A stretch of DNA of 40,553 nucleotides, taken from Candidatus Nanopelagicales bacterium. GTDB taxonomy: Bacteria > Actinomycetota > Actinomycetes > JBEVHX01. Positions 25,454-34,991 of the stretch are shown here, one piece after another; within the stretch, counting starts at the first letter, position 1, and the number at the start of each line of letters is the position of its first letter. The notes beneath the pieces are model-generated. The model ran no database searches and was not told the DNA's origin. It saw nothing but the letters and a program-made list of their open reading frames with translations. The stretch covers positions 1 through 40,553 of the forward strand of contig JBEVHX010000065.1 of the NCBI GenBank assembly GCA_040510995.1, read 5' to 3'. The translations under genes and the position numbers were made by a program.

Positions 25454-26508
25454 CGGGGGCAACGGTGAGTAGCCCTGTGTTCCGGCGGACCGATCGGACG
25501 GACGCGCCGTACTACCTGGCTCGCTACGCCGAGCGGCGCGCGCAGCCTGGGCAATCCGGGCAGCCGACGCACGACGACGAGTCGCTGCCGTTGTATCTGC
25601 GGCGATTCCGTGAGCGACAAGCACAATCCGCCGGCACCCGACCCAGCACGCGGCTGCTCGAGGTCGACGGTGAACGCTTCACCACGGCGTATGCGGCCGC
25701 GACCCGCAGCCACGAGGTCGTGCAGCCGCCGGAGCGGCGCGAGGCCGACTCCATCACCACCGAGATCCGAATCATCCGGCACGGCATCACGCAGGGGTAC
25801 TCGACCGACGCCGGGCTGACGCCGATGGGCGGCTGGCAGGCACACCAGCGTGGGCACGCGCTGTCGAAGACGCTGCGTGCGTGGCCGAAGATGCGGATCG
25901 TCTGCGCCGACACCAACCGCGCGCGGCAGACCGCGGAGCAGATCCACCGTGGGCTGCTCGACGGCCTCGACCAGTACGGGCGGGAAGCCGAGATCATCGG
26001 CCCGGAGCCGATCGAGGAGCTGCGCAACTTCCAGGTGTGGACACCCGACGGACCGCGCGACATCACGTCGGCGTTTCGGCAGTACCAGTCGCTGATGGAG
26101 AAGCTCGAGCGGATGGCGGTCGGCGACCGGCCGCGATGGCTGGTCGAGATCGACCGTTTCTACCGCACCCAGCTCGGCGGATCGGACCCGATCCAGATGT
26201 GGCTGAACATCCCGCTGATGTACTTCGAGCCGCCCCAGGCATGCGTCCGTCGGTTCTGGCGTGGCTTCCACCGGCTCATCGCGGAGTCACCCGGCACGCG
26301 GATCATCGCCGCGACGCACTCCGGGCCAATCCGCGCGTTCGCGACCTGGGCGCACGGCTATGACCCGGGCGAGCCGCACAACACCGAGGAAGTCATCGTC
26401 CGCATCCGCGAGGGCGGGCGGACCGCGCTGATCTCCTACCGCAACCGGGTCACCGAGGTGAACGTCCCGCCGCCCGACGAGCTGCCGATCTGGGACGGCA
26501 GCCGCTGA
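25438..26508 (+). CDS. Histidine phosphatase (phosphoglycerate mutase-like) family protein with an N-terminal extension of about 100 aa
   Basis: RHG catalytic motif ([12 protein letters not shown]), RARQTA, and the second His motif ([13 protein letters not shown]). The start is uncertain: GTG 25438 lies inside the hairpin, while GTG 25465 follows GGGGG and lies outside it. Confidence 0.75.
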   Translation: MRTSTSGATVSSPVFRRTDRTDAPYYLARYAERRAQPGQSGQPTHDDESLPLYLRRFRERQAQSAGTRPSTRLLEVDGERFTTAYAAATRSHEVVQPPERREADSITTEIRIIRHGITQGYSTDAGLTPMGGWQAHQRGHALSKTLRAWPKMRIVCADTNRARQTAEQIHRGLLDGLDQYGREAEIIGPEPIEELRNFQVWTPDGPRDITSAFRQYQSLMEKLERMAVGDRPRWLVEIDRFYRTQLGGSDPIQMWLNIPLMYFEPPQACVRRFWRGFHRLIAESPGTRIIAATHSGPIRAFATWAHGYDPGEPHNTEEVIVRIREGGRTALISYRNRVTEVNVPPPDELPIWDGSR

Positions 26509-26539
26509 GCACGGGAGGAACCCATGGAATGGTGATGCC

Positions 26540-27436
26540 ATGACCAAGGCAGTCGCCGCTATCGTCGGCCCCGGCAACATCGGCACCGACCTGCTCGCGA
26601 AGCTGCGACGCAGCGAGCACGTCGACGTCGCCTACATGGTGGGAGTCGTTGCGTCCGACGGCATCGAGCGGGCCCGGTCGTTGGGGATCGCCGCGTCCGC
26701 GGGTGGCGTTGACTGGCTGCTGCAACAGGAGCCGCTGCCGTCGGTCGTGTTCGAGGCGACGTCGGCCAAGGCGCACAAGGCAAATGCCCCGCGGTATGCG
26801 GCCGCCGGCATCACCGCCGTCGACCTGACACCGGCGGCGGTCGGACCTTTCGTCTGCCCGCCCGTCAACCTGCGCGAGCACATCGGCGCGCCGAACCTCA
26901 ACATGATCAGCTGCGGTGCGCAGGCGACGGTGCCGATCGTGCACGCGGTGTCGTCCGTCGTACCGGTGCCGTATGCGGAGATCGTCGCGTCGGTGGCGTC
27001 CAAGTCCGCTGGGCCGGGAACCCGGGCGAACATCGACGAGTTCACGCACACGACGTCACGGGCCGTCGAGGAGGTCGGCGGCGCGGTACGCGGCAAGGCC
27101 ATCATCATCCTCAACCCTGTCGAGCCGCCGATGATCATGAAGGACACCATCTTCTGCGCGATCCCGGCCGATGCCGACCAGAACGCGATCGCCGAATCGG
27201 TGCACAAGCGGGTGGCCGAGGTGCAGGAGTACGTCCCCGGGTACACGCTGCGCGCCGACCCGCAGTTCGACACCCCGCGCGAGCAGTGGAACGGCAACGC
27301 GCGGGTGGCTGTGTTCATCGAGGTCCGCGGCGCGGGCGACTACCTGCCCGAGTACGCAGGCAACCTCGACATCATGACCGCTGCCGCCGCGCAGGTGGGC
27401 GAGGTCGTCGCAACGTCGGTGAGGGCTTCGGCATGA
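26540..27436 (+). CDS. Acetaldehyde dehydrogenase (acetylating), DmpF/MhpF/XylQ type
   Basis: [13 protein letters not shown] Rossmann motif, the catalytic-Cys region [10 protein letters not shown], and the expected position upstream of the aldolase. Confidence 0.95.
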   Translation: MTKAVAAIVGPGNIGTDLLAKLRRSEHVDVAYMVGVVASDGIERARSLGIAASAGGVDWLLQQEPLPSVVFEATSAKAHKANAPRYAAAGITAVDLTPAAVGPFVCPPVNLREHIGAPNLNMISCGAQATVPIVHAVSSVVPVPYAEIVASVASKSAGPGTRANIDEFTHTTSRAVEEVGGAVRGKAIIILNPVEPPMIMKDTIFCAIPADADQNAIAESVHKRVAEVQEYVPGYTLRADPQFDTPREQWNGNARVAVFIEVRGAGDYLPEYAGNLDIMTAAAAQVGEVVATSVRASA

Positions 27437-28488
27437 CGACGGCTGCCGCTCCGGTCGCATACGACCTGAGGATCACCGACACGACGCTGCGCGACGGGTC
27501 ACACGCGATGGCGCACCAGTTCACCGAGGAGCAGGTGCGCGCCGTGGTGCACGCGCTGGACGCCTCCAACGTCCAGGTCATCGAAGTCACACACGGCGAC
27601 GGCCTCGGCGGCTCGTCGTTCAACTACGGCTTCTCCCGCGAGGACGAGATCACGCTGATCTCGGCGGCGGTCGAGGAAGCGCTTCAAGCTGCGATCGCGG
27701 TCCTGTTGGTACCCGGCATCGGCACGATGAACGACTTGCGCGGCGCTCGTGACGCCGGCGCATCGGTCGCGCGGATCGCGACCCACTGCACCGAGGCCGA
27801 TGTGTCCATCCAGCACTTCGGCCTGGCCCGTGAGCTCGGCATGGAGACGGTCGGCTTCCTGATGATGGCGCACCGCACCGACCCGGACACCCTGGCGCAG
27901 CAGGCCCGCATCATGGTTGACGCCGGGGCGCAGTGCGTCTACGTCGTCGACAGTGCCGGCGCGCTCGTGCTGGGCGACGCCCAGGCACGGGTCGAGGCGC
28001 TGCACCGAGAAATCGGCGGGCAGGCGGAGATCGGCTTCCACGGACACCAGAACCTGTCGCTCGGCGTCGCCAACTCGGTGCTCGCCTACCAGAACGGCGC
28101 GAAGCAGATCGACGGTGCGCTGTGCGCGCTCGGTGCCGGTGCGGGGAACTCGCCCACCGAGGTGCTGGCCGCGACGTTCGACCACCTCGGGGTGCAGACC
28201 GGGCTCGATGTCGGCGGCGTCCTCGCGGCGGCCGAGGAGGTGGTGCGCCCGTTCCTGCCACGCTGGCCGAAGATGGACCGCTCCGCGATCGTGCAGGGCT
28301 GGGCCGGGGTGTACTCCTCGTTCCTGCTGCACGCCGAACGCGCAGCCGAGCGCTACGACGTGCCAACGCACGAGATCCTGCAACGGGTCGGCGAACTCGG
28401 CTACGTCGGCGGCCAGGAGGACATGATCATCGACGTCGCGCTCCAGCTCGCGCAGGAGCGTGACCTGGCCGCGACCGGCGCCCGCTGA
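27433..28488 (+). CDS. 4-hydroxy-2-oxovalerate aldolase, DmpG/MhpE/XylK type
   Basis: [12 protein letters not shown]..., [15 protein letters not shown]. The ATG overlaps the upstream stop (ATGA). The ORF was trimmed from 27286. Confidence 0.95.
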   Translation: MTTAAAPVAYDLRITDTTLRDGSHAMAHQFTEEQVRAVVHALDASNVQVIEVTHGDGLGGSSFNYGFSREDEITLISAAVEEALQAAIAVLLVPGIGTMNDLRGARDAGASVARIATHCTEADVSIQHFGLARELGMETVGFLMMAHRTDPDTLAQQARIMVDAGAQCVYVVDSAGALVLGDAQARVEALHREIGGQAEIGFHGHQNLSLGVANSVLAYQNGAKQIDGALCALGAGAGNSPTEVLAATFDHLGVQTGLDVGGVLAAAEEVVRPFLPRWPKMDRSAIVQGWAGVYSSFLLHAERAAERYDVPTHEILQRVGELGYVGGQEDMIIDVALQLAQERDLAATGAR

Positions 28489-28503
28489 CTCCGGAGGCAT
28501 CCG

Positions 28504-29934
28504 ATGGACTTCATCCCGCACGTGATCGACGGCCAGGAGGTCGAGTCGGTCTCCGGCGCGCGCTTCCCCGACGTGGATCCCTGGACGCAGGAGGCGTACG
28601 CGGAGGTCGCGCTTGGTGACGCCGCCGACGCAGCCCGCGCGGTGGCTGCCGCCCGGCGGGCGTTTGGCGAGGGACCCTGGCCGCGCATGGGGTTCGCCGA
28701 GCGCGGTGCGCTGATCCACGGGTTCGCGGACCTGCTCGACGCGCACGCGAGCGATCTGGCGATGGCCGACACCCGCGACATGGGCAAGCCGATCACCGAC
28801 TCCCGCGGCAAGGATGCGCCGCGCACGGCGCTCAACTTCCGCTTCTTCGCCGACCACGCCCGCTTGTCGACCTCACACGCATACCCGATGGACACCGGAC
28901 ACCATGCATATGCGCGGCACGAGCCGGCCGGTGTCGCCGTCGCCATCGCACCGTGGAACTTCCCGATGATGCTCGAGTCTTGGAAGGTCGCGCCCGCGCT
29001 GGCGTGGGGCAACACCGTCGTGCTCAAGCCGGCGGAGGACACCCCGGCGTCGGCGACGCTGATGGCCCGGTTGGCATTGGAGGCCGGCTTCCCACCGGGC
29101 GTGTTCAACGTGGTGCACGGGTTCGGCCCGGACTCCGTCGGGGCGGCGCTGACCTCGCATCGCGGCGTGGACCGGATCACGTTCACCGGGGAGTCCGGCA
29201 CCGGGCGGGTGATCGCGGCGGCGGCCGCCGCGAACTTGGTGCCGGTGTCCTTCGAGCTCGGCGGCAAGGGGGCAAACCTGGTCTTCGACGACGCCGATCT
29301 CGACAACGCGCTCGACTGGTCGTTGCGGGCGATCTTCCTCAACGCTGGTCAGGTCTGCCTGTCCGGCAGCCGGCTGTACGTCCAGCAGGGGATCTATCGA
29401 GAGTTCGTCGACCGGTTCGTCGCCGGTGCCAAGGAGATGGTCGTCGGAGACCCGAAGGACGCATCGACGCAGATCGGCCCGCTCGCGTCCGCCGAGCACT
29501 TCAAGAAGGTGTCCTCCTACGTCGACGCCATCGATTCGGAGGGCGGTCGGATGCTCACGGGTGGCCTGGGCGACGGCTGGGTGGTGCAGCCGACGGTTGT
29601 CGAGGGCATGCCGCAGTCGTCGCGGCTGGTGCAAGAGGAGATCTTCGGCCCCTTCGTCGTCGTGCAGCCCTTCGACTCCGAGGACGAGGCGGTGCGGCTG
29701 GCCAACGACACACGGTACGGGCTCAATGCGATGGTCTTCACCGAGAACCTGTCGCGCGCGCACCGGGTCTCGGCCGCGCTACGTGCCGGGACGATCTGGG
29801 TCAACTGCTTCTTCATTCGCGAGCTGCGTGCGCCGTTCGGCGGCTTCGGCGACTCCGGCGTCGGCCGCGAGGGCGGCGACTACAGCCGCGAGTTCTTCAC
29901 CGAGCCCAAGGCCGTCGTCATGGCCATCTCCTGA
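28504..29934 (+). CDS. NAD+-dependent aldehyde dehydrogenase, 2-hydroxymuconic (or 2-aminomuconic) semialdehyde dehydrogenase-like
   Basis: ALDH signatures FELGGKGA and the catalytic-Cys region FLNAGQVCLSGSR. Operon context with the meta-cleavage lower pathway. Confidence 0.85.
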   Translation: MDFIPHVIDGQEVESVSGARFPDVDPWTQEAYAEVALGDAADAARAVAAARRAFGEGPWPRMGFAERGALIHGFADLLDAHASDLAMADTRDMGKPITDSRGKDAPRTALNFRFFADHARLSTSHAYPMDTGHHAYARHEPAGVAVAIAPWNFPMMLESWKVAPALAWGNTVVLKPAEDTPASATLMARLALEAGFPPGVFNVVHGFGPDSVGAALTSHRGVDRITFTGESGTGRVIAAAAAANLVPVSFELGGKGANLVFDDADLDNALDWSLRAIFLNAGQVCLSGSRLYVQQGIYREFVDRFVAGAKEMVVGDPKDASTQIGPLASAEHFKKVSSYVDAIDSEGGRMLTGGLGDGWVVQPTVVEGMPQSSRLVQEEIFGPFVVVQPFDSEDEAVRLANDTRYGLNAMVFTENLSRAHRVSAALRAGTIWVNCFFIRELRAPFGGFGDSGVGREGGDYSREFFTEPKAVVMAIS

Positions 29935-29954
29935 CCCATACGCGACTTGTGACG

Positions 29955-29984
29955 TGGGCGGGATTTGTGGCAACACCCCGCCCA
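29955..29984. terminator. Hairpin between convergent aldehyde dehydrogenase and RidA genes (TGGGCGGG / CCCGCCCA, 14-nt loop)
   Basis: An 8-bp GC-rich inverted repeat read directly from the sequence. Confidence 0.4.
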
Positions 29985-30017
29985 GGTCAACCTCCGCGAC
30001 GACGAGAAGGCTCGCGG

Positions 30018-30476
30018 TCACCGGACCTGGACCACCATCTCGACTTCGACGGCGAAGCCGAGCGGCAACGCGTACACCCCGATCGCCGACCGGGCATGCG
30101 CTCCAACGTCCGGACCGAACACGGAGACAAGCAGGTCTGAGGCGCCGTTGACCACCATCGGCTGCTGGGTGAAGTCGCGGGTGCAGGCCACGAACCCGAG
30201 TACCTTGACGACCTGCCTGACCTGGTCCAGGGACCCGAGCGCGTCGCGGGCCTGGGCGAGCAGGTTGAGTGCGCAAACCTGCGCCGCGGCTTGACCCTGC
30301 TCGAGCGTCAGGTCGTCGCCGACGCGTCCCAAGTGGCCGTCGGCGCCCTGGCCGGACAGGAAGAGCAGGTCACCGGCAGTCACCCAGCCGCGGTAGCTGC
30401 CGGCCGGTGAGCGAAGTGCGGGGATGACCAGGCCTAGGTCGGCGAGTCGTTCTTCTGGCGTACTCGGTGCGCTCAT
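30018..30476 (-). CDS. RidA/YjgF family protein (enamine/imine deaminase-like)
   Basis: The ORF was trimmed to MSAPSTPEERL (ATG at 30476), giving 152 aa. The pattern LFLSGQG...ARSAIGV..LP.GFAVEVE is typical of RidA-family proteins. Confidence 0.8.
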   Translation of the reverse strand: MSAPSTPEERLADLGLVIPALRSPAGSYRGWVTAGDLLFLSGQGADGHLGRVGDDLTLEQGQAAAQVCALNLLAQARDALGSLDQVRQVVKVLGFVACTRDFTQQPMVVNGASDLLVSVFGPDVGAHARSAIGVYALPLGFAVEVEMVVQVR

Positions 30477-30549
30477 GAAGGCCATCGGATCACGGCCGCG
30501 ACGATCTGCGGGCCTTCTTCGGCCGCTGCCGCCACCCAGGGCGAGCGGA

Positions 30550-31533
30550 TCAATACCCGGCTCGCACGGAGACGACCACCTTGCCGAGCGCTTTCCCGTC
30601 ACCGAAGTAGCGCATCGCTTGGGGGGCTCGCTCGAGCGGATAGACGCGGTCGATCAGCGGTGTCACTCGGCCCGCTTCGACGAGTTCGTTCATGGCTACG
30701 AGGTCCTCCCGCGTCAGCCTGTACAGCAGCAGTCCGACGCGGCGTCGTCGCGGGATCGCCGTCCATCCGCCGTAGGCGACGGTCTGCAGGATGACCCCAG
30801 TCGCACCGCCGACGACGACGTAGCGCCCCGACGGCTTCAGAACGCGGCGTGGATGTCGGACAGATCGATGCGCCGCCAAGTCCAGGATCAGGTCGAATCG
30901 CTGCTTCGTGACCGTGTAGTCCTCCGCTTCGAAGTCGACGACATGGTCGGCACCGACGGCGCGCATCGTGTCCAGCTTGTGGGCGGCGTCGACCGCCGTC
31001 ACCTCGGCGCCGAAGGCCTTGGCGATCTGAATGGCGAACGTGCCCGCACCGCCGCCGCCACCGTTGATCAGGACGCGATGTCCAGGCGAGACCGGGCCGT
31101 TGCGTCGTAGTCCCTGCAACGCCAGCAGCCCGGCCTGCGGGATGGCTGCCGCCTGCTGGAAGGTCAGGTCCGGCGACTTGGGCGCGAGCGCACGCGCGGG
31201 CGCGGCGACGTACTCGGCGAAGCCGCCGAAGCCCGAGCCACCGGCCAGGTCACCGAACACCTCGTCGCCCACCCCGATGTCCCGCACGCTCGGCCCTGCC
31301 GCTTCGACGACTCCGGCGACGTCACCCCCGAGGATGCGCACCCGCGGCGCACGCAGCCCGGTGCCGAGCCGCGTGAGGTAGGGAACGCCACGCATCGCGT
31401 CCCAATCCCACGCGTTGATCGACGACGCGTGCACGCGCACGAGGACCTGGTCGTCGGTCGGCGCCGGCGTCGGGACCTCGCGCACCTCCAGGACATCGGA
31501 TGAGCCGTAGCGCTCATAGACAACCGCGCGCAT
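30550..31533 (-). CDS. NAD(P)-dependent zinc-type alcohol dehydrogenase / quinone oxidoreductase (MDR family)
   Basis: MRAVVYERYG..., VRVHASSINAWDW, the nucleotide motif INGGGGGAGTFAIQIAK, and the C-terminal GKVVV. Confidence 0.85.
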   Translation of the reverse strand: MRAVVYERYGSSDVLEVREVPTPAPTDDQVLVRVHASSINAWDWDAMRGVPYLTRLGTGLRAPRVRILGGDVAGVVEAAGPSVRDIGVGDEVFGDLAGGSGFGGFAEYVAAPARALAPKSPDLTFQQAAAIPQAGLLALQGLRRNGPVSPGHRVLINGGGGGAGTFAIQIAKAFGAEVTAVDAAHKLDTMRAVGADHVVDFEAEDYTVTKQRFDLILDLAAHRSVRHPRRVLKPSGRYVVVGGATGVILQTVAYGGWTAIPRRRRVGLLLYRLTREDLVAMNELVEAGRVTPLIDRVYPLERAPQAMRYFGDGKALGKVVVSVRAGY

Positions 31534-31659
31534 CCAACCCCCATCCTGCCGCCTCGTGGATGACGTCGATCGTCCTCTGCGGACGCCGCCGACTGCGCCG
31601 CAACGGAACTTCTCGGCCGAGTGAACCCGCTGCGCGACCGGCGGCAGCCGGCCTGAGGG

Positions 31660-32286
31660 TCAGTGGCGAGTTCGTCGCGGGAGCAGCGGCGCGGCGGCCG
31701 GGTCGCGCAGTCCGACAATAACCGCGCCGACGCACGCGACGATCGTCAAGATCCACAGTGCGGCCGTTCGGCTCCAGCCAGCGACGTCGTACGGCAGTAC
31801 GGGGACCCACTGGTGCAGCGGGTCGACCAGCACGACCAACGACGTCCCGAGCGCCACGACGACCGCAGCCAGGTCGCCCGGGGCGGCGCGACCTCGGCTC
31901 CTGAGCACGGCAGCGGTCATGACCCCGATGGCCAGGTATCCGGCGAGCACGAGCAGGAGCCGACGCCATGGCACCGCTGGGTCGGCGGTTCCGACCATCG
32001 CGAGCCCGACGACGCCGACTGCGGCTGGGACGACGACCAGACCGAGCCGCCAGCCGAACCGTCGCCTCCTCGAGGTCGGGCTTGCATCCACGACGGGGCC
32101 GGATGCTTCGTCGAGCACGTACGCCGCCGCCCCGCCGCACCCGGCGAGCGCCAGCAGCACCAACCAGAACCCGATCGACGACGTCAGCGCCGTCGCCGCC
32201 GCGAACAGTGCGGCGGCGAGGCCCGACGCGATGCCGACTTCGGGCCAGGGGAAGGTCCGAAGGACTCGGCCGGCCGCCCGTGGCAT
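31660..32286 (-). CDS. Hypothetical polytopic membrane protein (last gene of the sigma/ABC block)
   Basis: The ORF was trimmed to the ATG at 32286, with GGAG 8 nt upstream. Several hydrophobic helices. No family recognised. Confidence 0.5.
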   Translation of the reverse strand: MPRAAGRVLRTFPWPEVGIASGLAAALFAAATALTSSIGFWLVLLALAGCGGAAAYVLDEASGPVVDASPTSRRRRFGWRLGLVVVPAAVGVVGLAMVGTADPAVPWRRLLLVLAGYLAIGVMTAAVLRSRGRAAPGDLAAVVVALGTSLVVLVDPLHQWVPVLPYDVAGWSRTAALWILTIVACVGAVIVGLRDPAAAPLLPRRTRH

Positions 32287-32291
32287 CACGA

Positions 32292-33248
32292 TCACTCCGA
32301 CTGGACGACGCGGGTGACCCCGTCGGGAGTCGTCACCATGGGCTCGTCGTTGCCACCCATCGCGGCCAACCCGAGAAACACCAGGGCAGCGACGGACAGC
32401 CCGACGAACGAACGCCCGACGATGACGCGGCCCCGACCCTCTGCCCCGCGCCACAGCGCCGCGCACACCGCCAGACCGCACAGGGCAAGCGCCCACAGCG
32501 CGAACCAGACCGGTGAACCGGTGAACGATGTGAACTCCGTGCTCGGGACGTCACCGTCACCATCAGCCTGCCCCCACGCGGTGTACGGGGTCAGCAGGTG
32601 CAGCACGCGCGATAGCGGCGACGAGGCATCCATCGACTCAATCGGCGAGTACGCGGCCCACGCGCACCAGAACAACAGGATGCCGACGCAGAGCAGGATC
32701 GCGCCCGGGAACCGAAGCCAGCGACCCACGGCGACCCCAAGCAGCGGGCCACCCACGCTGAAGATCACCGGCAGGACCCCGACGATCACGACCTGCTCGA
32801 GCGAGCCATAGGTCCCGTAGATCCACTCCTCTGGGGGGTCGGACGTGACGATCGCTGCATGCAGAAGCACCAGGGCCAACCCCGCACTCATCGGGACGAG
32901 GCAAGCGAGGCAGAGCGCCGCCGTACGCACGGTGTCCGACAGCGGCGCGCCCCTCATGACCTCCTGCGACCGGCTCGTCGACCGAGTCAGCCGGGCCGCG
33001 ACGACAAACCCGAACACTCCGACGAGAAAGCCTGGGATCACTTGGAAGTCGAGGTTCTCCGGACCTCTCGCGACTTCTCCGCGCGATGCCGGTCCGCCGC
33101 TCCCGATCACGACGGTCGCCCAGACCGCGAGGCCGAGACCGACCAGGAACATCGGATGCCGCGCGAACCGCTTGGCCTCGATCCAGGCAAGGACCGAAAG
33201 CGACGAGCGGGACCGGGCCGCAGTCAGAGGCAACGCCATCGTGGTCAT
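32292..33248 (-). CDS. ABC-2-type transporter permease-like membrane protein
   Basis: 318 aa, about 6 TM segments. The ATG overlaps the stop of the ABC ATPase gene (ATGA). Confidence 0.6.
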   Translation of the reverse strand: MTTMALPLTAARSRSSLSVLAWIEAKRFARHPMFLVGLGLAVWATVVIGSGGPASRGEVARGPENLDFQVIPGFLVGVFGFVVAARLTRSTSRSQEVMRGAPLSDTVRTAALCLACLVPMSAGLALVLLHAAIVTSDPPEEWIYGTYGSLEQVVIVGVLPVIFSVGGPLLGVAVGRWLRFPGAILLCVGILLFWCAWAAYSPIESMDASSPLSRVLHLLTPYTAWGQADGDGDVPSTEFTSFTGSPVWFALWALALCGLAVCAALWRGAEGRGRVIVGRSFVGLSVAALVFLGLAAMGGNDEPMVTTPDGVTRVVQSE

Positions 33249-34123
33249 GCCGCCACCTCCGCGTCGTCCGGAGCGGACGCGCCGCGCAGCAGAAGGTAGG
33301 CATCTTCGAGGCTCGGCTCGACCAGTTCTGCGTCCGGCGGTGCCGTCTGGCCGAGGTTGCGGTAGCGGCCGGTCCCGGTTCGCCACGACGCGCTCGCCCG
33401 CGGGTCAGCCCGGTCGGCCAACCAGACGCGTCCGGCCGCCTCGTTCACGAGGTCCTGGACCCGGCCGTCGAAGCGAACCGACCCTTCGTCGAGCACGACG
33501 ACCCGGTCGCAGAGCGCCGCGACATCGTCGGTCTGGTGGGTCGAGATCACGACGGTCGCAGTCCGGCCCGCCTCGGCCAGAACTTGGCGCAGCGACACCC
33601 GCTGCTCGGGGTCCAGCCCGGTGGTCGGTTCGTCGAGGACGAGCAGCTCCGGGCTGCCGAGCAGCGCTTGTGCGAGAGCGACCCGTCGTCGCTGTCCACC
33701 GGACAAGGCCCGAATGCGCTTCGTCGCCTTGTCCTGGAGCCCGACGGCCGCCAGCGCCCGGCGGACTTCGGTCCGTCTGGCGGCCGCGTCGTCCCACTCC
33801 TTTAACACCGCCATGTAGTCGACGAACGCATACGCGCTGAACCCACGCGGGAATCCGAGCTCTTGCGGCAGGTAGCCGAGGCGGCGACGGATGTCCGTGC
33901 GCTGCTCGGTGTCCGTGACGTCGCGACCGAGGACGCGGACCGACCCGTTGTCCACGGCCAGCACCGTCGCAAGAATGCGCAGCAGCGTCGTCTTGCCGGC
34001 GCCGTTCGGCCCGAGCAGGCCGACGACCCCCGGCTGCATGCGCAGGTTGATCGAACGCAGCGCGGTCGTTCCCCGGAAGGTCTTGGTGACGTGTCTGAGG
34101 TCAACCGTGGTCGTGTCCATCAC
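33245..34123 (-). CDS. ABC transporter ATP-binding protein (ABC-2/DrrA-like)
   Basis: Walker A GPNGAGKTT, signature LSGGQRRRV, Walker B LLVLDEPT. Confidence 0.9.
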   Translation of the reverse strand: MMDTTTVDLRHVTKTFRGTTALRSINLRMQPGVVGLLGPNGAGKTTLLRILATVLAVDNGSVRVLGRDVTDTEQRTDIRRRLGYLPQELGFPRGFSAYAFVDYMAVLKEWDDAAARRTEVRRALAAVGLQDKATKRIRALSGGQRRRVALAQALLGSPELLVLDEPTTGLDPEQRVSLRQVLAEAGRTATVVISTHQTDDVAALCDRVVVLDEGSVRFDGRVQDLVNEAAGRVWLADRADPRASASWRTGTGRYRNLGQTAPPDAELVEPSLEDAYLLLRGASAPDDAEVAA

Positions 34124-34154
34124 TCCCCCTTGACTTTCGAACGTTCAGAACTGA

Positions 34155-34991
34155 TCACGGCATTTGCCACAGCAGACCGAGGCTGCGCAACCGGACGACC
34201 AAGGCGACGCTGACGAGGACAGTGGTGATCGCGTATGCGACGAGCAGCTCCGGCGCGAGTACGCCCAGCGGATCCCCGGCACGAGTCCACCAGACCACTG
34301 CGACCAGCCAGCTCAGGGCCACCACCGCCGCTGCGTACGCGGTGTCGACCCAAGTGCTGGCGAGCAGGGTGATCGCCACGAAGCCGACAGCGGGCAGCAG
34401 CCAGGCCGGGGTGACCTGCTGACCGACCGGCAACAGGCTGCTGAGCGCGACGAGAGGAAGGCAGGTCACAAGCACCGCGGCCGTGCGGAACAGGACGAGA
34501 CGCAGCATGGGGTATGGTGTCACCGCCGTCGCCTCATAGGACGGATCGGCAGAAGGACCGTAGGACGCGGCGACGCCGGCAACTGGGATGAGCGGCGCGA
34601 CCAGCAGGAACAGGCTGAGTCCGCGGTCCCCGCCGAAGGCTCCGGCGAGCACGACGAACATCAACGCAGCGGTGATCCCGCCGAGCCATGACAGCCGCAT
34701 GGACGGCGCGGACGCCACGAGCAACGCCTGGCTTCGCGGCAGCCCCAATCGCACCAGGATGCGTTCGACAAACAATGGCCGAGGCGTCTCGATGTCATCG
34801 AGGACCCTGTCCCACACCCCATCGAGCGACGGCATCGCGACCATCCGGGCGACCATGCCGCGACATGCCGCACAGCGAACCACGTGCTGCTCGACTGACG
34901 CACCCAGCAGCGTGCCGGCAGTGCCATCAACCCAGCGGCGCAACGACTGCTCGTCCGCGTGCCAGGCGTGAGGGATGTCGATGCCGCTCAT
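34155..34991 (-). CDS. Membrane anti-sigma factor with an N-terminal zf-HC2 (ZAS-type) domain
   Basis: H11-x24-H36-x3-C40-x2-C43 (HAWH...QHVVRCAAC) reproduces the ChrR/RsrA zinc-ligand spacing. About 6 C-terminal TM helices. The start overlaps the sigma stop (ATGA). Confidence 0.75.
   Translation of the reverse strand: MSGIDIPHAWHADEQSLRRWVDGTAGTLLGASVEQHVVRCAACRGMVARMVAMPSLDGVWDRVLDDIETPRPLFVERILVRLGLPRSQALLVASAPSMRLSWLGGITAALMFVVLAGAFGGDRGLSLFLLVAPLIPVAGVAASYGPSADPSYEATAVTPYPMLRLVLFRTAAVLVTCLPLVALSSLLPVGQQVTPAWLLPAVGFVAITLLASTWVDTAYAAAVVALSWLVAVVWWTRAGDPLGVLAPELLVAYAITTVLVSVALVVRLRSLGLLWQMP

Noticed and set aside
27499-29763. Minus-strand ORFs 27499..28857 (452 aa) and 28873..29763 (296 aa)
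   Set aside because: They are shadow ORFs opposite the aldolase and aldehyde dehydrogenase genes.
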